A stretch of 64,000 nucleotides of DNA from Gemmatimonadaceae bacterium (GTDB taxonomy: Bacteria > Gemmatimonadota > Gemmatimonadetes > Gemmatimonadales > Gemmatimonadaceae), in NCBI GenBank assembly GCA_035688075.1, contig DASSNL010000104.1:6924-70923 (forward strand), read 5' to 3'. Position 1 is the first letter of the stretch. Every line of letters starts with the position of its first letter. Both the position numbers and the translations under genes were made by a program. Below are positions 49,582 through 59,664 of this stretch, piece after piece. The notes beneath the pieces are model-generated. The model ran no database searches, had not been told where the DNA came from, and was given only the letters and a program-made list of their open reading frames with translations.

Positions 49582-52074
49582 ATGGGCACTATCTTTCGTG
49601 ATGTACGCTTCGCGCTTCGAGCCATGCGCCGCAGTCCATCGTTCACCTTCGTCGCGGTGCTCTGCCTCGGGCTCGGCATCGGAGCGACGAGCACGATCTT
49701 CGGGATCGTGGATGTGCTCTTCTTCCGACCACCGGAAGGCGTGGCCGATCCCGCTTCGATAGTTCGTCCCTACATCGCGCGCGACACCGGCGCGATCCAG
49801 ACGACGGCGGGAGGTGCTCCGCGTACGTCATTCCCGGACTACGTGGATCTTAGGGACAACACACGATCGCTCAGTGGACTGGCCGCATTCAGCGACGTCG
49901 CACTTAGCGTGGGCCAGGGAGTGGAGGTGCGGCATGCCGATGGGATGGAGGTAACGGCCAACTACTTCAGCGTCCTCGGCGTACGTCCCGCACTCGGCCG
50001 TTTCTTCGTCCCCGATGAGGACGCAGGTAAGGGGGCACCGCCCGCCGTCGTGATCAGCCACCGCTACTGGCAACGCGCATTTGGAGGCGACCGGTCCGTG
50101 ATTGGCCAGAGCATCATAATCGACGGCCATAGCTATCCCATTGTGGGGGTAGCCGCTAGTGGCTTCCGCGGGATCGACCCGAGTGCGACGGATATCTGGA
50201 TTCCCTTCTCGCAGGACGAAAAGCTGGGTAATGGCGCCGATCACCTCACGAATCGTATCTCCATCTGGGTCCAGATGGTCGGGCGGCTGGCACCCGGTGT
50301 CTCACCCGAAGTGGCTTCCACGGAGCTCACGACGATACTGACGCACTCGGCGGAATCGACGCCAATGCTCGACCCCACGCCGAAGCTCGTGCTCGGACCT
50401 GTCTTCTCCTCGCGCGGGCCCGGATCGTCGAGCGCGATCAGCATGGCGCGGCTCTCCCTGTGGCTCGCGATCGCCGCCGGACTGCTGCTGGCGATAGCCT
50501 GCGCCAACACCGCCAATCTGCTCCTCGCTCGCGCCGCTACGCGTCGGCGCGAGATCGCGATCCGCCTCTCGATAGGCGCTGGGCGCTCGCGGATCATTCG
50601 TCACCTCCTCACGGAGAGTGTGCTTCTTGCGCTCCTGGGCGCGGCGTTGGGCGTGGTGCTCGCGTCCTGGGGGAGCGGGCTCGTGAAGCTGGACGGCCTC
50701 GCGGAGCTGAGCTTCTTCGCGCATGGCCGGGTAGTAGGGTTCGCGGTGATGGCAGCGGTGCTCTGCGGGATCATCTTCGGGCTGGCGCCCGCGCTCTGGG
50801 CCACGCGCGCGGATCTGGCTATCGCGATGAAGGAAGGAGTACGCGAAGGGACCGATCGTAGATCACGGCTCCGCTCCGCCCTCATGGTGCTGCAGGTGGC
50901 GCTCGCGGTCGTATTACTGACCGGCGCGGGCCTCTTCGTTCACAGCCTGCGCAACGTTCAGTCGATCGAGCCGGGCTTCGACGCCGATCACCTGCTGCGC
51001 GCATCACTCGACCTGAAGTCGGCTGGCTACGGCGACACCGCGACCTCGATGTTCTACGATCGTGCGATGCAGACGGTGCGCGAGCTACCCGGCGTGCGCG
51101 GCGTCACCGTGGCTGCCATCACGCCTCTCAGCGGCTATAGGTCGCTGACGGGTTTCCGGGTGCCCGGTTACGACGATCTATCGACCAGTGATCCTACTCT
51201 TCACCTCCGAGAGCTCATGTCCGGTAATGGACCGGTGTCGATCAATGCCGGCGCCGGATACTTCGCCGCGATCGGCACCCCCGTCGTCCAGGGGCGTGAC
51301 TTCTCGGAGAGCGACCGTGCTGACAGCGATCCGGTCGCCATCGTGAACCAGAGCTTCGCGCATCACTACTGGCCTGGGACGAGCCCCATCGGGAAGTGCA
51401 TCGACCTCGGCAGCAACGAGAAGCCGTCTTGCCACACCGTGGTGGGAGTGGTAGCGGACGCGAAGTACTCGCAGATCGACGAAAAACAGTTGGAGGCGTT
51501 CTTCATGCCGATCGCGCAGTCCGGAAGCCGGTTCGGCGACAATGTCTTGCTCATCCGCACCGCGGGCGATCCGGCTGCTTCTGTCGAAACCATACGCAGA
51601 GCGTTGCAGGGTCTCGCGTCCAATCTTCCGTACGCCAATGTCGAGACGCTCACCGACGTTCTCAGGCCGCATCTCCAGCCCCGCCGCCTCGGCGCCGCGA
51701 TGTTCGGCGCCTTCGGCGTCCTCGCGCTCGCGCTCGCGGCGATCGGGCTCTACGGCGTGATCTCGTACGCGGTCGCCCAGCGCACGCACGAGGTGGGGAT
51801 CCGTCTCGCGCTCGGTGCGCAGCCCGGACAGGTTCTCCGCCTCGTGGTGCGGCAGGGAGTGCTGCTCACCGTGCTAGGTCTCGCGATCGGCATCGTCGGA
51901 GCTCTCGCCGGGGCGCGGCTCATCACGCACTTTCTCTTCGGCGTGAGCGCCACCGATCCGATCACCTTCGCGGGCGTCTGCGTGGCGCTCGGAACGGTCG
52001 CCGCGCTCGCGAGCTACATCCCCGCGAGGAGAGCGGCGCGCGTAGACCCGATCGTCGCGCTGCGATCGGAGTAG
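49582..52074 (+). CDS. ADOP-type duplicated permease, paralogue 6
   Basis: N-terminal MGTIFRDVRFALRAMRRSPSFT.. and C-terminal ..[17 protein letters not shown]. Lies 9 nt after paralogue 5. Confidence 0.9.
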   Translation: MGTIFRDVRFALRAMRRSPSFTFVAVLCLGLGIGATSTIFGIVDVLFFRPPEGVADPASIVRPYIARDTGAIQTTAGGAPRTSFPDYVDLRDNTRSLSGLAAFSDVALSVGQGVEVRHADGMEVTANYFSVLGVRPALGRFFVPDEDAGKGAPPAVVISHRYWQRAFGGDRSVIGQSIIIDGHSYPIVGVAASGFRGIDPSATDIWIPFSQDEKLGNGADHLTNRISIWVQMVGRLAPGVSPEVASTELTTILTHSAESTPMLDPTPKLVLGPVFSSRGPGSSSAISMARLSLWLAIAAGLLLAIACANTANLLLARAATRRREIAIRLSIGAGRSRIIRHLLTESVLLALLGAALGVVLASWGSGLVKLDGLAELSFFAHGRVVGFAVMAAVLCGIIFGLAPALWATRADLAIAMKEGVREGTDRRSRLRSALMVLQVALAVVLLTGAGLFVHSLRNVQSIEPGFDADHLLRASLDLKSAGYGDTATSMFYDRAMQTVRELPGVRGVTVAAITPLSGYRSLTGFRVPGYDDLSTSDPTLHLRELMSGNGPVSINAGAGYFAAIGTPVVQGRDFSESDRADSDPVAIVNQSFAHHYWPGTSPIGKCIDLGSNEKPSCHTVVGVVADAKYSQIDEKQLEAFFMPIAQSGSRFGDNVLLIRTAGDPAASVETIRRALQGLASNLPYANVETLTDVLRPHLQPRRLGAAMFGAFGVLALALAAIGLYGVISYAVAQRTHEVGIRLALGAQPGQVLRLVVRQGVLLTVLGLAIGIVGALAGARLITHFLFGVSATDPITFAGVCVALGTVAALASYIPARRAARVDPIVALRSE

Positions 52075-52085
52075 CGATGGTGCGT

Positions 52086-52120
52086 GTCCGATTGCGGGAT
52101 AGCCTATCCCGCAATCGGAC
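52086..52120 (+). terminator. Perfect 17-bp hairpin after permease paralogue 6 (possible terminator; no U-tract)
   Basis: GTCCGATTGCGGGATAG-C-CTATCCCGCAATCGGAC, 12 nt after the stop, at the start of the only long (256 nt) gap in the array. Confidence 0.4.
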
Positions 52121-52330
52121 AACCGCGCGCTCGCGGACGAGCGAGCCGCACGGTGCATCCCGTTATGGCACAACCACTTCGCTCGCCCACCCGGCTGGCA
52201 CGGCCCTTCCCTTGTAGGCTGCCGGTGGCGGGGAGGACCGCCATCCGGACCGGTCTCCCGACCGGTGCGCAAAAGCACGCATCGCGCACGCGACCGTGTC
52301 TGCTAACGGAGATCTCACGGAGCCCCGAGC

Positions 52331-54769
52331 ATGGACAGGATACTGAGCGACATCCGCCTCGCGCTGCGCCGCCTGCGCCGCACACCCGGCTTCACTCTCG
52401 TGGCAGTGCTCACGCTCGCATTGGGGATCGGCGCCAACACCGCGATCTTCAGCGTGGTGAACGCGGCGCTCCTCCGTCCCCTCCCCTATCCGGACGCGCA
52501 GCGGATCGTACAACTCTACGCCACGCGTGATGGCGACCGGAGTACGGTCTCACCGCCCGACTTCACCGACTGGCGCGAGCAGGCCGGCGTCTTCCAGGGC
52601 ATGGCAGCCCTCAACACAGGCTCCGACTTCACCCTCACCGGAACCGGCGCGCCCGAGCGGATGGCTGGTGCGCAGGTGACGGCGGACTTTTTCTCGGTGC
52701 TCCAGACCCCACCAGCCGTCGGGAGAGGCTTCACGCCGAGCGATGAAGTCGTGGGTCAGAACAAGGTAGTGATCCTCAGCTACGCACTCTGGCAGCAGCG
52801 CTTCGGCGGCCGCCCGGACATCACGGGTCAGTCGATAGAGATAAACCGGATGCGTTACACGGTAGTCGGTGTGATGCCGCGCGACTTCGAGTACCCGCAG
52901 GGAGCGAAACTGTGGACGCCGCTGGCGTTCACCGCCGAGGACCTGGCCACCCAGCGCGGCGCGCACTACCTCTTCGTCATCGCCCGCCTGCGGCAAGGAG
53001 TCTCGGTCGAGCAGGCCCAGGCCGCGATGCGCGCGGTCTCGGAACGGCTCGCCGTGCAGTATCCGAAGACCAACAAGGAGTGGCGTGCCACAGCCGTGCC
53101 GATGCGCGAGGCTCTGGTGGGCGACGTTCGACCCGCGCTCCTCATTCTCCTCGGCGCGGTCGGTCTGGTACTTCTCATCGCCTGCGTCAACGTCGCGAAC
53201 CTGCTTCTGGCTCGCTCCATGGCGCGCGGTCGCGAGCTCGCGATCCGCACCGCCCTCGGTGCCGGACGCTCGGCGATCGTACGCGGCATACTCACGGAGA
53301 GCGTGCTGCTGGCCGTGCTCGGCGGAGCGGCGGGGCTGGTGGTGGCCACGTGGGCGACATCCGCTCTCGTAGCGCTCCAGCCGGACGCAATCCGCGGACT
53401 GGGACCGGTGAGTATCGACGGCACGGTGCTCGGCTTCACCATCCTCCTCGTACTCATCACGGGATTTCTGTTCGGGCTCCTGCCCGCCCTGCAGGCATCG
53501 AGCATCGCCGACGTGAGCGGCCGCCTCAAGGAAGGCTCGCGTTCGGCCACGGGCGGCCGCGAATGGTGGCGTGCTCGCGGCGTGCTGGTGGGAGTGGAGA
53601 TGGCGCTCGCGGTGATGCTGCTCGCCGGCGCCGGGCTGCTCATCCGCAGCTTCGTCCGTCTGGTGCAGACCGATCCCGGGTTCCGGACCGAGCACATCCT
53701 CGCCTTCGACCTCTCGCTCCCCGACGCGAGCTACCCGAAGCCCGAGCAGAGCGACGCGTTCTTCACCCGGTTGCTCACCGACGTACGCGCTCTTCCCGGT
53801 GTCGAGGACGCGAGCGGCATCTACGGCATGCCCCTCACCGACTTCAGCTACCAGATCTCCGTGCATTCGCTGGACGGGCGCGTGCTCTCGTCGGATGAAC
53901 AGGACGCGCTTTCCTCGCCCCAGATCCGCGTCGTCGCGCCCGACTACTTCGATGTTCTCGGCATCCGCACACTCCGCGGACGGCCGATCACCGACGTCGA
54001 CAACGCGACCGCGCCACGCGCGGTGGTCGTGAACGAAACGGCTGCCCGGTTGTACTGGCCAGGGGAGGATGCCCTGGGTCGCGAGATCACGGTCGGTACC
54101 AGCCTGGGTCTCGACCGCGGGCGGGCGGGCGGAACGGTGGTCGGCGTGGTAGCAGACACAAAGGACTTCGGGCCGGGCGAGTCGACGAAGCCGGAGCTGT
54201 TCCTGTCGCACAGCCAGATGCCGGTAACGTTCATGAGTATCGTCGTGCGCACGGCGTCGCCCAACAGCGACGCGCTTCTGAGCTCCATCCGGGAGCGACT
54301 CCGCGCGATCGACCCGAACGTCCCGATCTACCAGGCACGCACCATCGATCAGCTCATGGGCGAATCGGTCGCCAGGCCGCGCTTCTACATGCTGCTCCTG
54401 GGCGCGTTCGCGCTCTGCGCCCTCATGCTCGCCGCGATCGGCATTTACGGTGTGATGGCGTACGTGGTGGGACAGCGCACCCACGAGATCGGTGTGCGCA
54501 TGGCTCTGGGTGCGCGAGGAACGCAGGTGCTGCGTGAAGTGGTGGCGCGCGGGATGCGTCCCGCGGTCGTAGGGCTGGCCGCTGGCCTCGCTGGCGCGCT
54601 CGCGCTCACGGGCGTGCTCTCGAAGCTGCTCTACGGAGTGAGCGCTACCGACCCGCTCACCTTCATCGGAGTCGCGATCGTGCTCGGCGCCGTGGCGTTG
54701 CTGGCGAACTGGGTCCCGGCGCGCCGGGCAGCGCGCGTGGACCCGGCCATCGCTCTGAGAAGCGAATAG
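52331..54769 (+). CDS. ADOP-type duplicated permease, paralogue 7
   Basis: N-terminal MDRILSDIRLALRRLRRTPGFT.. and C-terminal ..[17 protein letters not shown]. Confidence 0.9.
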   Translation: MDRILSDIRLALRRLRRTPGFTLVAVLTLALGIGANTAIFSVVNAALLRPLPYPDAQRIVQLYATRDGDRSTVSPPDFTDWREQAGVFQGMAALNTGSDFTLTGTGAPERMAGAQVTADFFSVLQTPPAVGRGFTPSDEVVGQNKVVILSYALWQQRFGGRPDITGQSIEINRMRYTVVGVMPRDFEYPQGAKLWTPLAFTAEDLATQRGAHYLFVIARLRQGVSVEQAQAAMRAVSERLAVQYPKTNKEWRATAVPMREALVGDVRPALLILLGAVGLVLLIACVNVANLLLARSMARGRELAIRTALGAGRSAIVRGILTESVLLAVLGGAAGLVVATWATSALVALQPDAIRGLGPVSIDGTVLGFTILLVLITGFLFGLLPALQASSIADVSGRLKEGSRSATGGREWWRARGVLVGVEMALAVMLLAGAGLLIRSFVRLVQTDPGFRTEHILAFDLSLPDASYPKPEQSDAFFTRLLTDVRALPGVEDASGIYGMPLTDFSYQISVHSLDGRVLSSDEQDALSSPQIRVVAPDYFDVLGIRTLRGRPITDVDNATAPRAVVVNETAARLYWPGEDALGREITVGTSLGLDRGRAGGTVVGVVADTKDFGPGESTKPELFLSHSQMPVTFMSIVVRTASPNSDALLSSIRERLRAIDPNVPIYQARTIDQLMGESVARPRFYMLLLGAFALCALMLAAIGIYGVMAYVVGQRTHEIGVRMALGARGTQVLREVVARGMRPAVVGLAAGLAGALALTGVLSKLLYGVSATDPLTFIGVAIVLGAVALLANWVPARRAARVDPAIALRSE

Positions 54770-54817
54770 CGCGGGAATGACGGTGCTCGCCGTGGCCCAC
54801 GCTAACCGGAGGGTTCG

Positions 54818-57250
54818 ATGATCGAGAACGTGCTGCTGGATGCGCGTCATGCGCTTCGCGCCCTGCGGAGGAGCCCGGGCTTCACGCTGGTAGCGGTGCT
54901 CACCCTCGCGATCGGGATCGGCGCGACGACGACGATCTTCAGTATAGTGAACGCGGTGGTGCTGCGTCCGCTCCCCTTCCACGACCCAGGCCGGCTGGTC
55001 CGTGTGTGGGATGTGAACCCGCACGGCAGCGAAGTCCCGACGTCCGACGCGACGTATCTCGATGTGCGAGAGCGAAATCGCTCTTTTCTGGAGATGGCCG
55101 CGTTCAGCGATACGAAGCGCAGCCTCGTGCTCACCGACGGCTGCGCGCCCAGCGCCACCGAGTGCGAACCGGTGCGACTGCAGAGCGCCGCGGTCACGTC
55201 GAGTCTCTTCCCCCTCCTTGGCATTGCCCCCGCGCTCGGCCGCACGTTCAACACGATGGAAGATCGGCCGGGTGGCGACAGTCGTGTGGTGGTGATCGGG
55301 CACGAGCTCTGGGTGCGTCGCTTCGGGTCGAACCCAACGCTGATCGGGAGTGACGTGACGCTCGACGACCGGCGCTACACCGTGATCGGCATCATGCCCG
55401 ACAGCTTCGCCTTCCCGAATCCCGCGGAGCTCTGGGTGCCGCTGGTGCTCGACCCCGCGCGCGATCGCGACGAGCACGATCTCACCGTAATCGGTCGGCT
55501 GGGCCCGGACATAACGCTCGACCAGGCCAGCTCCGATCTCCAGCGCGTGGCCGAGAAGCTCGGCACCGAGCATCCACGAACCAACGCCGGCTGGAGCGTG
55601 CGTGTCGCGAGCTTCGATGACTGGATGATCGGCCCGCGCCTCGAGCGCGCGGTATTCGTTCTCTTCGGAGCGGTGGGCTTCCTCCTCCTCATGGCGTGCG
55701 CCAACATCGCGAACCTGTTGATCGCTCGGGGGAGCGCTCGACAGGCGGAGATCGGGATCCGCGCCGCTCTCGGCGCGAGCCGCGCACGGCTCACGAGGCA
55801 ACTCCTCACGGAGAGCCTGCTGCTCGGACTTCTCGGCGCGGCGGTGGGACTTGGCCTCGCATCGTGGTCGGTCGCACTCGTACGCACCCTAGGACCGGCG
55901 GACATCCCACGGCTCCGCGATGTCGCCATGGACTCGCACGTGCTCGGCTTCACGCTGCTCCTGGCGCTGTTGACGAGCGTGCTCTTCGGCCTCGCGCCTG
56001 CCGTGCGCGTTTCGCGGGTGGATCTCCACTCGACGCTCGAGCGCGGCACCCGCCGCACGACGTCGCGCGGACGTGCGCGCGTTCGCAGCGTTCTGGTCGT
56101 GGTGCAGGTCGCACTGGCCATGATGCTGCTCGTCGGCGCAGGTCTGATGTTCGGGAGCTTCCTCCGACTGCAGGCGGTGCCGACGGGATACGACGTCTCG
56201 AACGTGCTGACCGTGCCGCTCGAGCTTCCCGACGAGCGTTACTCCGGCCAACAGCGCACTGCCTTCTTCGAGAGTGTGCGTGCCAGAATCGCCGCCATCC
56301 CGGGTGTTCGATACGTGGGTGCTACGAGCACCGATCCGCTGCGTCAGTGGGGCTTCAGCAACGACGTGACCCCGGAGGATCGCGCTGCGACTGCGCCCGC
56401 AGGCGGCTTCATGCAGGCCGGGTGGCGCAGCGTCACGCCGGGCTACTTCCGCGCCATGGGGATACCGCTCCTGCAGGGGCGAGTGCTGACCGAGTCCGAT
56501 GGTGCAGCGGGCGAGCAGCCGATAGTGATCACGCGAAGCATGGCGAGCCGGCTCTGGCCAGGTGAGGACGCCCTGGGCAAGCGAATCTTCTGGGGCGGGA
56601 CCGACGGCACACCGCACACGGTGGTAGGCGTGGTGGGCGACATCCGGGATGTGCAGCTCGATGCCGAGCCGGAGCCGCTCATGTTCCTCCCGTATCGCGC
56701 GGTTGCCGTTCCGGGGATGACCCTGGTCATCCGTACCGCCGGCACTCCATCGAGCGTTGCGGCCGCGGTGCGGCGTGAGCTCCGTGCTGCGGACACGCAG
56801 CTCCCGCGCCCCGAGATCAGCTCGCTCTCCGAGAACAGAGCCGCTGCCGTGGCCGAGCCACGTTTCAGGATGCTCCTGCTCGGCGGGTTCGCGGCGGCCG
56901 CGCTCCTGCTGGCGACCCTGGGTGTCTACGGCGTGATGGCGTTCTCCGTCACTCAGCGGACCCGTGAGATCGGCGTGCGGATCGCGCTCGGGGCGCACGC
57001 GCGCCGGGTCTTTGCGCTGGTGCTGAAGCAGGGGATGCTGCTCGCGGGCATCGGAGTGCTCGTGGGGCTCGCCGGCGCGCTCGCGCTCACACGTGTCCTG
57101 CAGAGTCTCCTGTTCGAGATCAGCGCTACGGATCCGCTGGTGCTCATCGCCGTGGCGATCCTGCTTGGCGTCGTGACGATGATCGGCGCGTATCTTCCGG
57201 CCAGGCGCGCGGCGCGGATAGACCCGGCGATAGCGCTGAGGGAAGAGTGA
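54818..57250 (+). CDS. ADOP-type duplicated permease, paralogue 8
   Basis: N-terminal MIENVLLDARHALRALRRSPGFT.. and C-terminal ..PARRAARIDPAIALREE. Confidence 0.9.
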   Translation: MIENVLLDARHALRALRRSPGFTLVAVLTLAIGIGATTTIFSIVNAVVLRPLPFHDPGRLVRVWDVNPHGSEVPTSDATYLDVRERNRSFLEMAAFSDTKRSLVLTDGCAPSATECEPVRLQSAAVTSSLFPLLGIAPALGRTFNTMEDRPGGDSRVVVIGHELWVRRFGSNPTLIGSDVTLDDRRYTVIGIMPDSFAFPNPAELWVPLVLDPARDRDEHDLTVIGRLGPDITLDQASSDLQRVAEKLGTEHPRTNAGWSVRVASFDDWMIGPRLERAVFVLFGAVGFLLLMACANIANLLIARGSARQAEIGIRAALGASRARLTRQLLTESLLLGLLGAAVGLGLASWSVALVRTLGPADIPRLRDVAMDSHVLGFTLLLALLTSVLFGLAPAVRVSRVDLHSTLERGTRRTTSRGRARVRSVLVVVQVALAMMLLVGAGLMFGSFLRLQAVPTGYDVSNVLTVPLELPDERYSGQQRTAFFESVRARIAAIPGVRYVGATSTDPLRQWGFSNDVTPEDRAATAPAGGFMQAGWRSVTPGYFRAMGIPLLQGRVLTESDGAAGEQPIVITRSMASRLWPGEDALGKRIFWGGTDGTPHTVVGVVGDIRDVQLDAEPEPLMFLPYRAVAVPGMTLVIRTAGTPSSVAAAVRRELRAADTQLPRPEISSLSENRAAAVAEPRFRMLLLGGFAAAALLLATLGVYGVMAFSVTQRTREIGVRIALGAHARRVFALVLKQGMLLAGIGVLVGLAGALALTRVLQSLLFEISATDPLVLIAVAILLGVVTMIGAYLPARRAARIDPAIALREE

Positions 57251-57385
57251 CGTCGAGATGCGAGCTGCCCGGGACTGCCCTCGGTCGGTCCGTTCCGTGC
57301 CGGGAATCGCCCGCGCGAGTTAGCTTTGCAGATACCAGGGGGCGCTCCGCGCCGCCCCGGCCACCAACCTCACGAGGTACGAGTG

Positions 57386-58162
57386 ATGGCATCGCTCAAG
57401 TCGCTGTTCACCGGCGGGTCGACTCCCGCTCCCGCATCCGAGCCCGCGTCCGCGCCTGACGCCGCACCGACGACGCAGCCGGTCGGCGCCCCAGAGTCGC
57501 AACTGATCTCCGTTCGCAACATCGAGAAGTCCTACCCGGTAGGGAATGGGCGCAGCTACGTGCTCAGACGCGTGACCTTCGACATCCGCCCCGGCGAGTT
57601 CGTGTCGATCATGGGGCCATCGGGCGCCGGAAAGTCCACGATCCTGAGCATACTCGGCATGCTGGACGGAGACTGGAGCGGCGAGTTCTACTTCCTCGGG
57701 CATCCGGTGCACGCGATGTCGAACCGCGAGCGCGTGGCGCTCAACAAGCAGTACATCGGCTTCGTGTTCCAGCAGTACCACCTCATCGACGATCTCACGG
57801 TCGCCGAGAACCTGGACATCCCGCTCTCCTACCGCAACGTGAAAAAGAGCGACCGCCAGGCGATGGTCGCCGACACGCTCGACCGCTTCAACATCGTGGG
57901 GAAGAAGGATCTGTACCCGCGGCAGCTCTCCGGCGGCCAGCAGCAGCTCGTGGGTGTCGCCCGCGCCGTGATCGCCAGCCCCAAACTGATCCTCGCCGAC
58001 GAGCCCACCGGGAACCTCCACTCGAGCCAGGGCGCCGAGATCATGGAGCTCTTCACGAAGCTCAACCAGCAAGGCACCACGATCATCCAGGTCACCCACT
58101 CCGACACCAACGCGGCCTATGGGAACCGGATTATCAACTTGAAGGATGGGTGGATAGTGTAG
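57386..58162 (+). CDS. ABC transporter ATP-binding protein (MacB/LolD type, stand-alone), second copy
   Basis: ATG 57386 after GAGG. Walker [10 protein letters not shown], signature LSGGQQQLV, Walker [13 protein letters not shown]-loop VTHS. Confidence 0.88.
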   Translation: MASLKSLFTGGSTPAPASEPASAPDAAPTTQPVGAPESQLISVRNIEKSYPVGNGRSYVLRRVTFDIRPGEFVSIMGPSGAGKSTILSILGMLDGDWSGEFYFLGHPVHAMSNRERVALNKQYIGFVFQQYHLIDDLTVAENLDIPLSYRNVKKSDRQAMVADTLDRFNIVGKKDLYPRQLSGGQQQLVGVARAVIASPKLILADEPTGNLHSSQGAEIMELFTKLNQQGTTIIQVTHSDTNAAYGNRIINLKDGWIV

Positions 58163-58165
58163 TGT

Positions 58166-58334
58166 GAAAAGAAAGCAGAGAGCAGAAAGCAGTGACTGCA
58201 AGGGTTCAGGAGGCAGGGTTCAGGGTTCAGGTACTACCTCGGAGTAGAGATCTTTCCGCCCGAGGCAGTCACTGAACCCTGAACCCTGTAGCTCTGAACC
58301 CTGAGGTCCTCACTGCTTTCTGCTTTCGACTTTC
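58166..58334. repeat. Composite palindromic element, copy E11 (GGGTTCA-type nested in GAAAGCA arms)
   Basis: Outer arm GAAAGCA GAGAGCA GAAAGCA GTGAC, inner arm AGGGTTCAGGAGGCAGGGTTCAGGGTTCAGGTACTAC (identical to E5), core CTCGGAGTAGAGATCTTTCCGCCCGAGGCAGTCAC, inner arm TGAACCC TGAACCC TGTAGCTC TGAACCC, outer arm TGCTTTC TGCTTTC GACTTTC. Confidence 0.9.
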
Positions 58335-59651
58335 TCACTTCCCCTCCGTCAACCGGTGCATCAGCACCGCCGCCCGCTTCGTGAGGGGACCGAGCATGCG
58401 GAGGTCGGCGGTTTCTTTTTCGGTGTGGTCGTCGTGGCCGGAGAGGCCGAGGCCATCGATGGCCATGGGGACCAGGTTCGCCACGAAGGCCACGTCGGCG
58501 GCGCCGGCGCGTGAGGGATCTACGGCTTCCACAGGACCGAAGCCGAGGTCGCGGCTCGCCTGGTCGTACATGGCGAGGAGGCGCTTGTTGCCATCGGTGG
58601 GTGCCATGGGCGGGTAGCCCTCGAGGAAGGTGATCTCGGACTTCGTGTTCGGGAGCGACTTCGACACGATCGTGCGCATCGTCTGCTGCGCGCGCTCGAG
58701 CTGCTCGGGACTGATGGCGCGCAGGTCGCCACCCACCTCCACGTGTTCGGCCACCACGTTGTGCTTCCCAGCTGCCTTGCCCTCGGTCAGCGTGGTGTCG
58801 AGGCCCACCATCGTACCACCAACTATCACGCCGGGGTTGAAGGTCAGATACTTCTCGCTCGAGAGCTGCTTGTAGAATTCATCGAGCACCCGGCTCGCCT
58901 CGAAGACCGCGCCCGCGCCAACGGTCGGCGTGAAGATCTGCGACGAGTGCGCCGGAGTGCCGGTGCTCTTCAGGAGCCACGAGCCCGCACTGCGCCGCGA
59001 GATCACCGCGGTGCGCGGGTCGGCGGCACCGTCCTCGAAGCCGAGCGCCGCCGCTGCGCCATGGGCAGCGTCGGTGAGCGCGCGACGTGCCTCGGAGAGC
59101 GGCGGGCCCGAGTCCTCTTCATCGCCGTCGAATACCACGACGATGTTCATCTTGTCGAGGAGCCCCGCGTCCTTCAGCGCGCGCAGAGCGTACACCACTA
59201 TGACATCGCCGCCCTTCATGTCGATGATCCCCGGCCCACGAGCGGTGGAGTCGTCCAGCCGCTCGAACTTCTGAAACGGACTCTCGGGCGGGAACACCGT
59301 GTCGAGATGGCCGATCAGGACGAGCTTGGGTCCCGGCCCTGGATGCTCTGCGACGAGATGCCCAGCGCGCTCGAAGCCGGACCCGTCGACCCACCGGGTG
59401 GTGAAGCCGAGCGAATCGAACTGCGCGCGGAAGACGTCGCCAACCTGACGCACCCCCGCGAAGTTCATCGTCCCGCTGTTGATGTTCACCACGCGGATGA
59501 GGAGGTCGAGCGCCTCGTCGTTGTGCCTGTCGACCGCGCTCACGATCTTCTGCTCGGCCTTGGAGAGCGCCCTCTTCCCCTGCGCCCCCGCCGGCCCCAC
59601 GATCGCCCCGAGCGCGAGGACGAGTGCTAGTGGTAGAGTTTGTGTACGCAT
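58335..59651 (-). CDS. M20 family metallopeptidase (carboxypeptidase G2-like)
   Basis: Signal peptide. Metal-binding motifs (LIGHLDTVF, DMKGG, FDGDEEDSG) and the M20 dimerisation-domain layout. Confidence 0.82.
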   Translation of the reverse strand: MRTQTLPLALVLALGAIVGPAGAQGKRALSKAEQKIVSAVDRHNDEALDLLIRVVNINSGTMNFAGVRQVGDVFRAQFDSLGFTTRWVDGSGFERAGHLVAEHPGPGPKLVLIGHLDTVFPPESPFQKFERLDDSTARGPGIIDMKGGDVIVVYALRALKDAGLLDKMNIVVVFDGDEEDSGPPLSEARRALTDAAHGAAAALGFEDGAADPRTAVISRRSAGSWLLKSTGTPAHSSQIFTPTVGAGAVFEASRVLDEFYKQLSSEKYLTFNPGVIVGGTMVGLDTTLTEGKAAGKHNVVAEHVEVGGDLRAISPEQLERAQQTMRTIVSKSLPNTKSEITFLEGYPPMAPTDGNKRLLAMYDQASRDLGFGPVEAVDPSRAGAADVAFVANLVPMAIDGLGLSGHDDHTEKETADLRMLGPLTKRAAVLMHRLTEGK

Positions 59652-59664
59652 GGAGGGAAGATAA

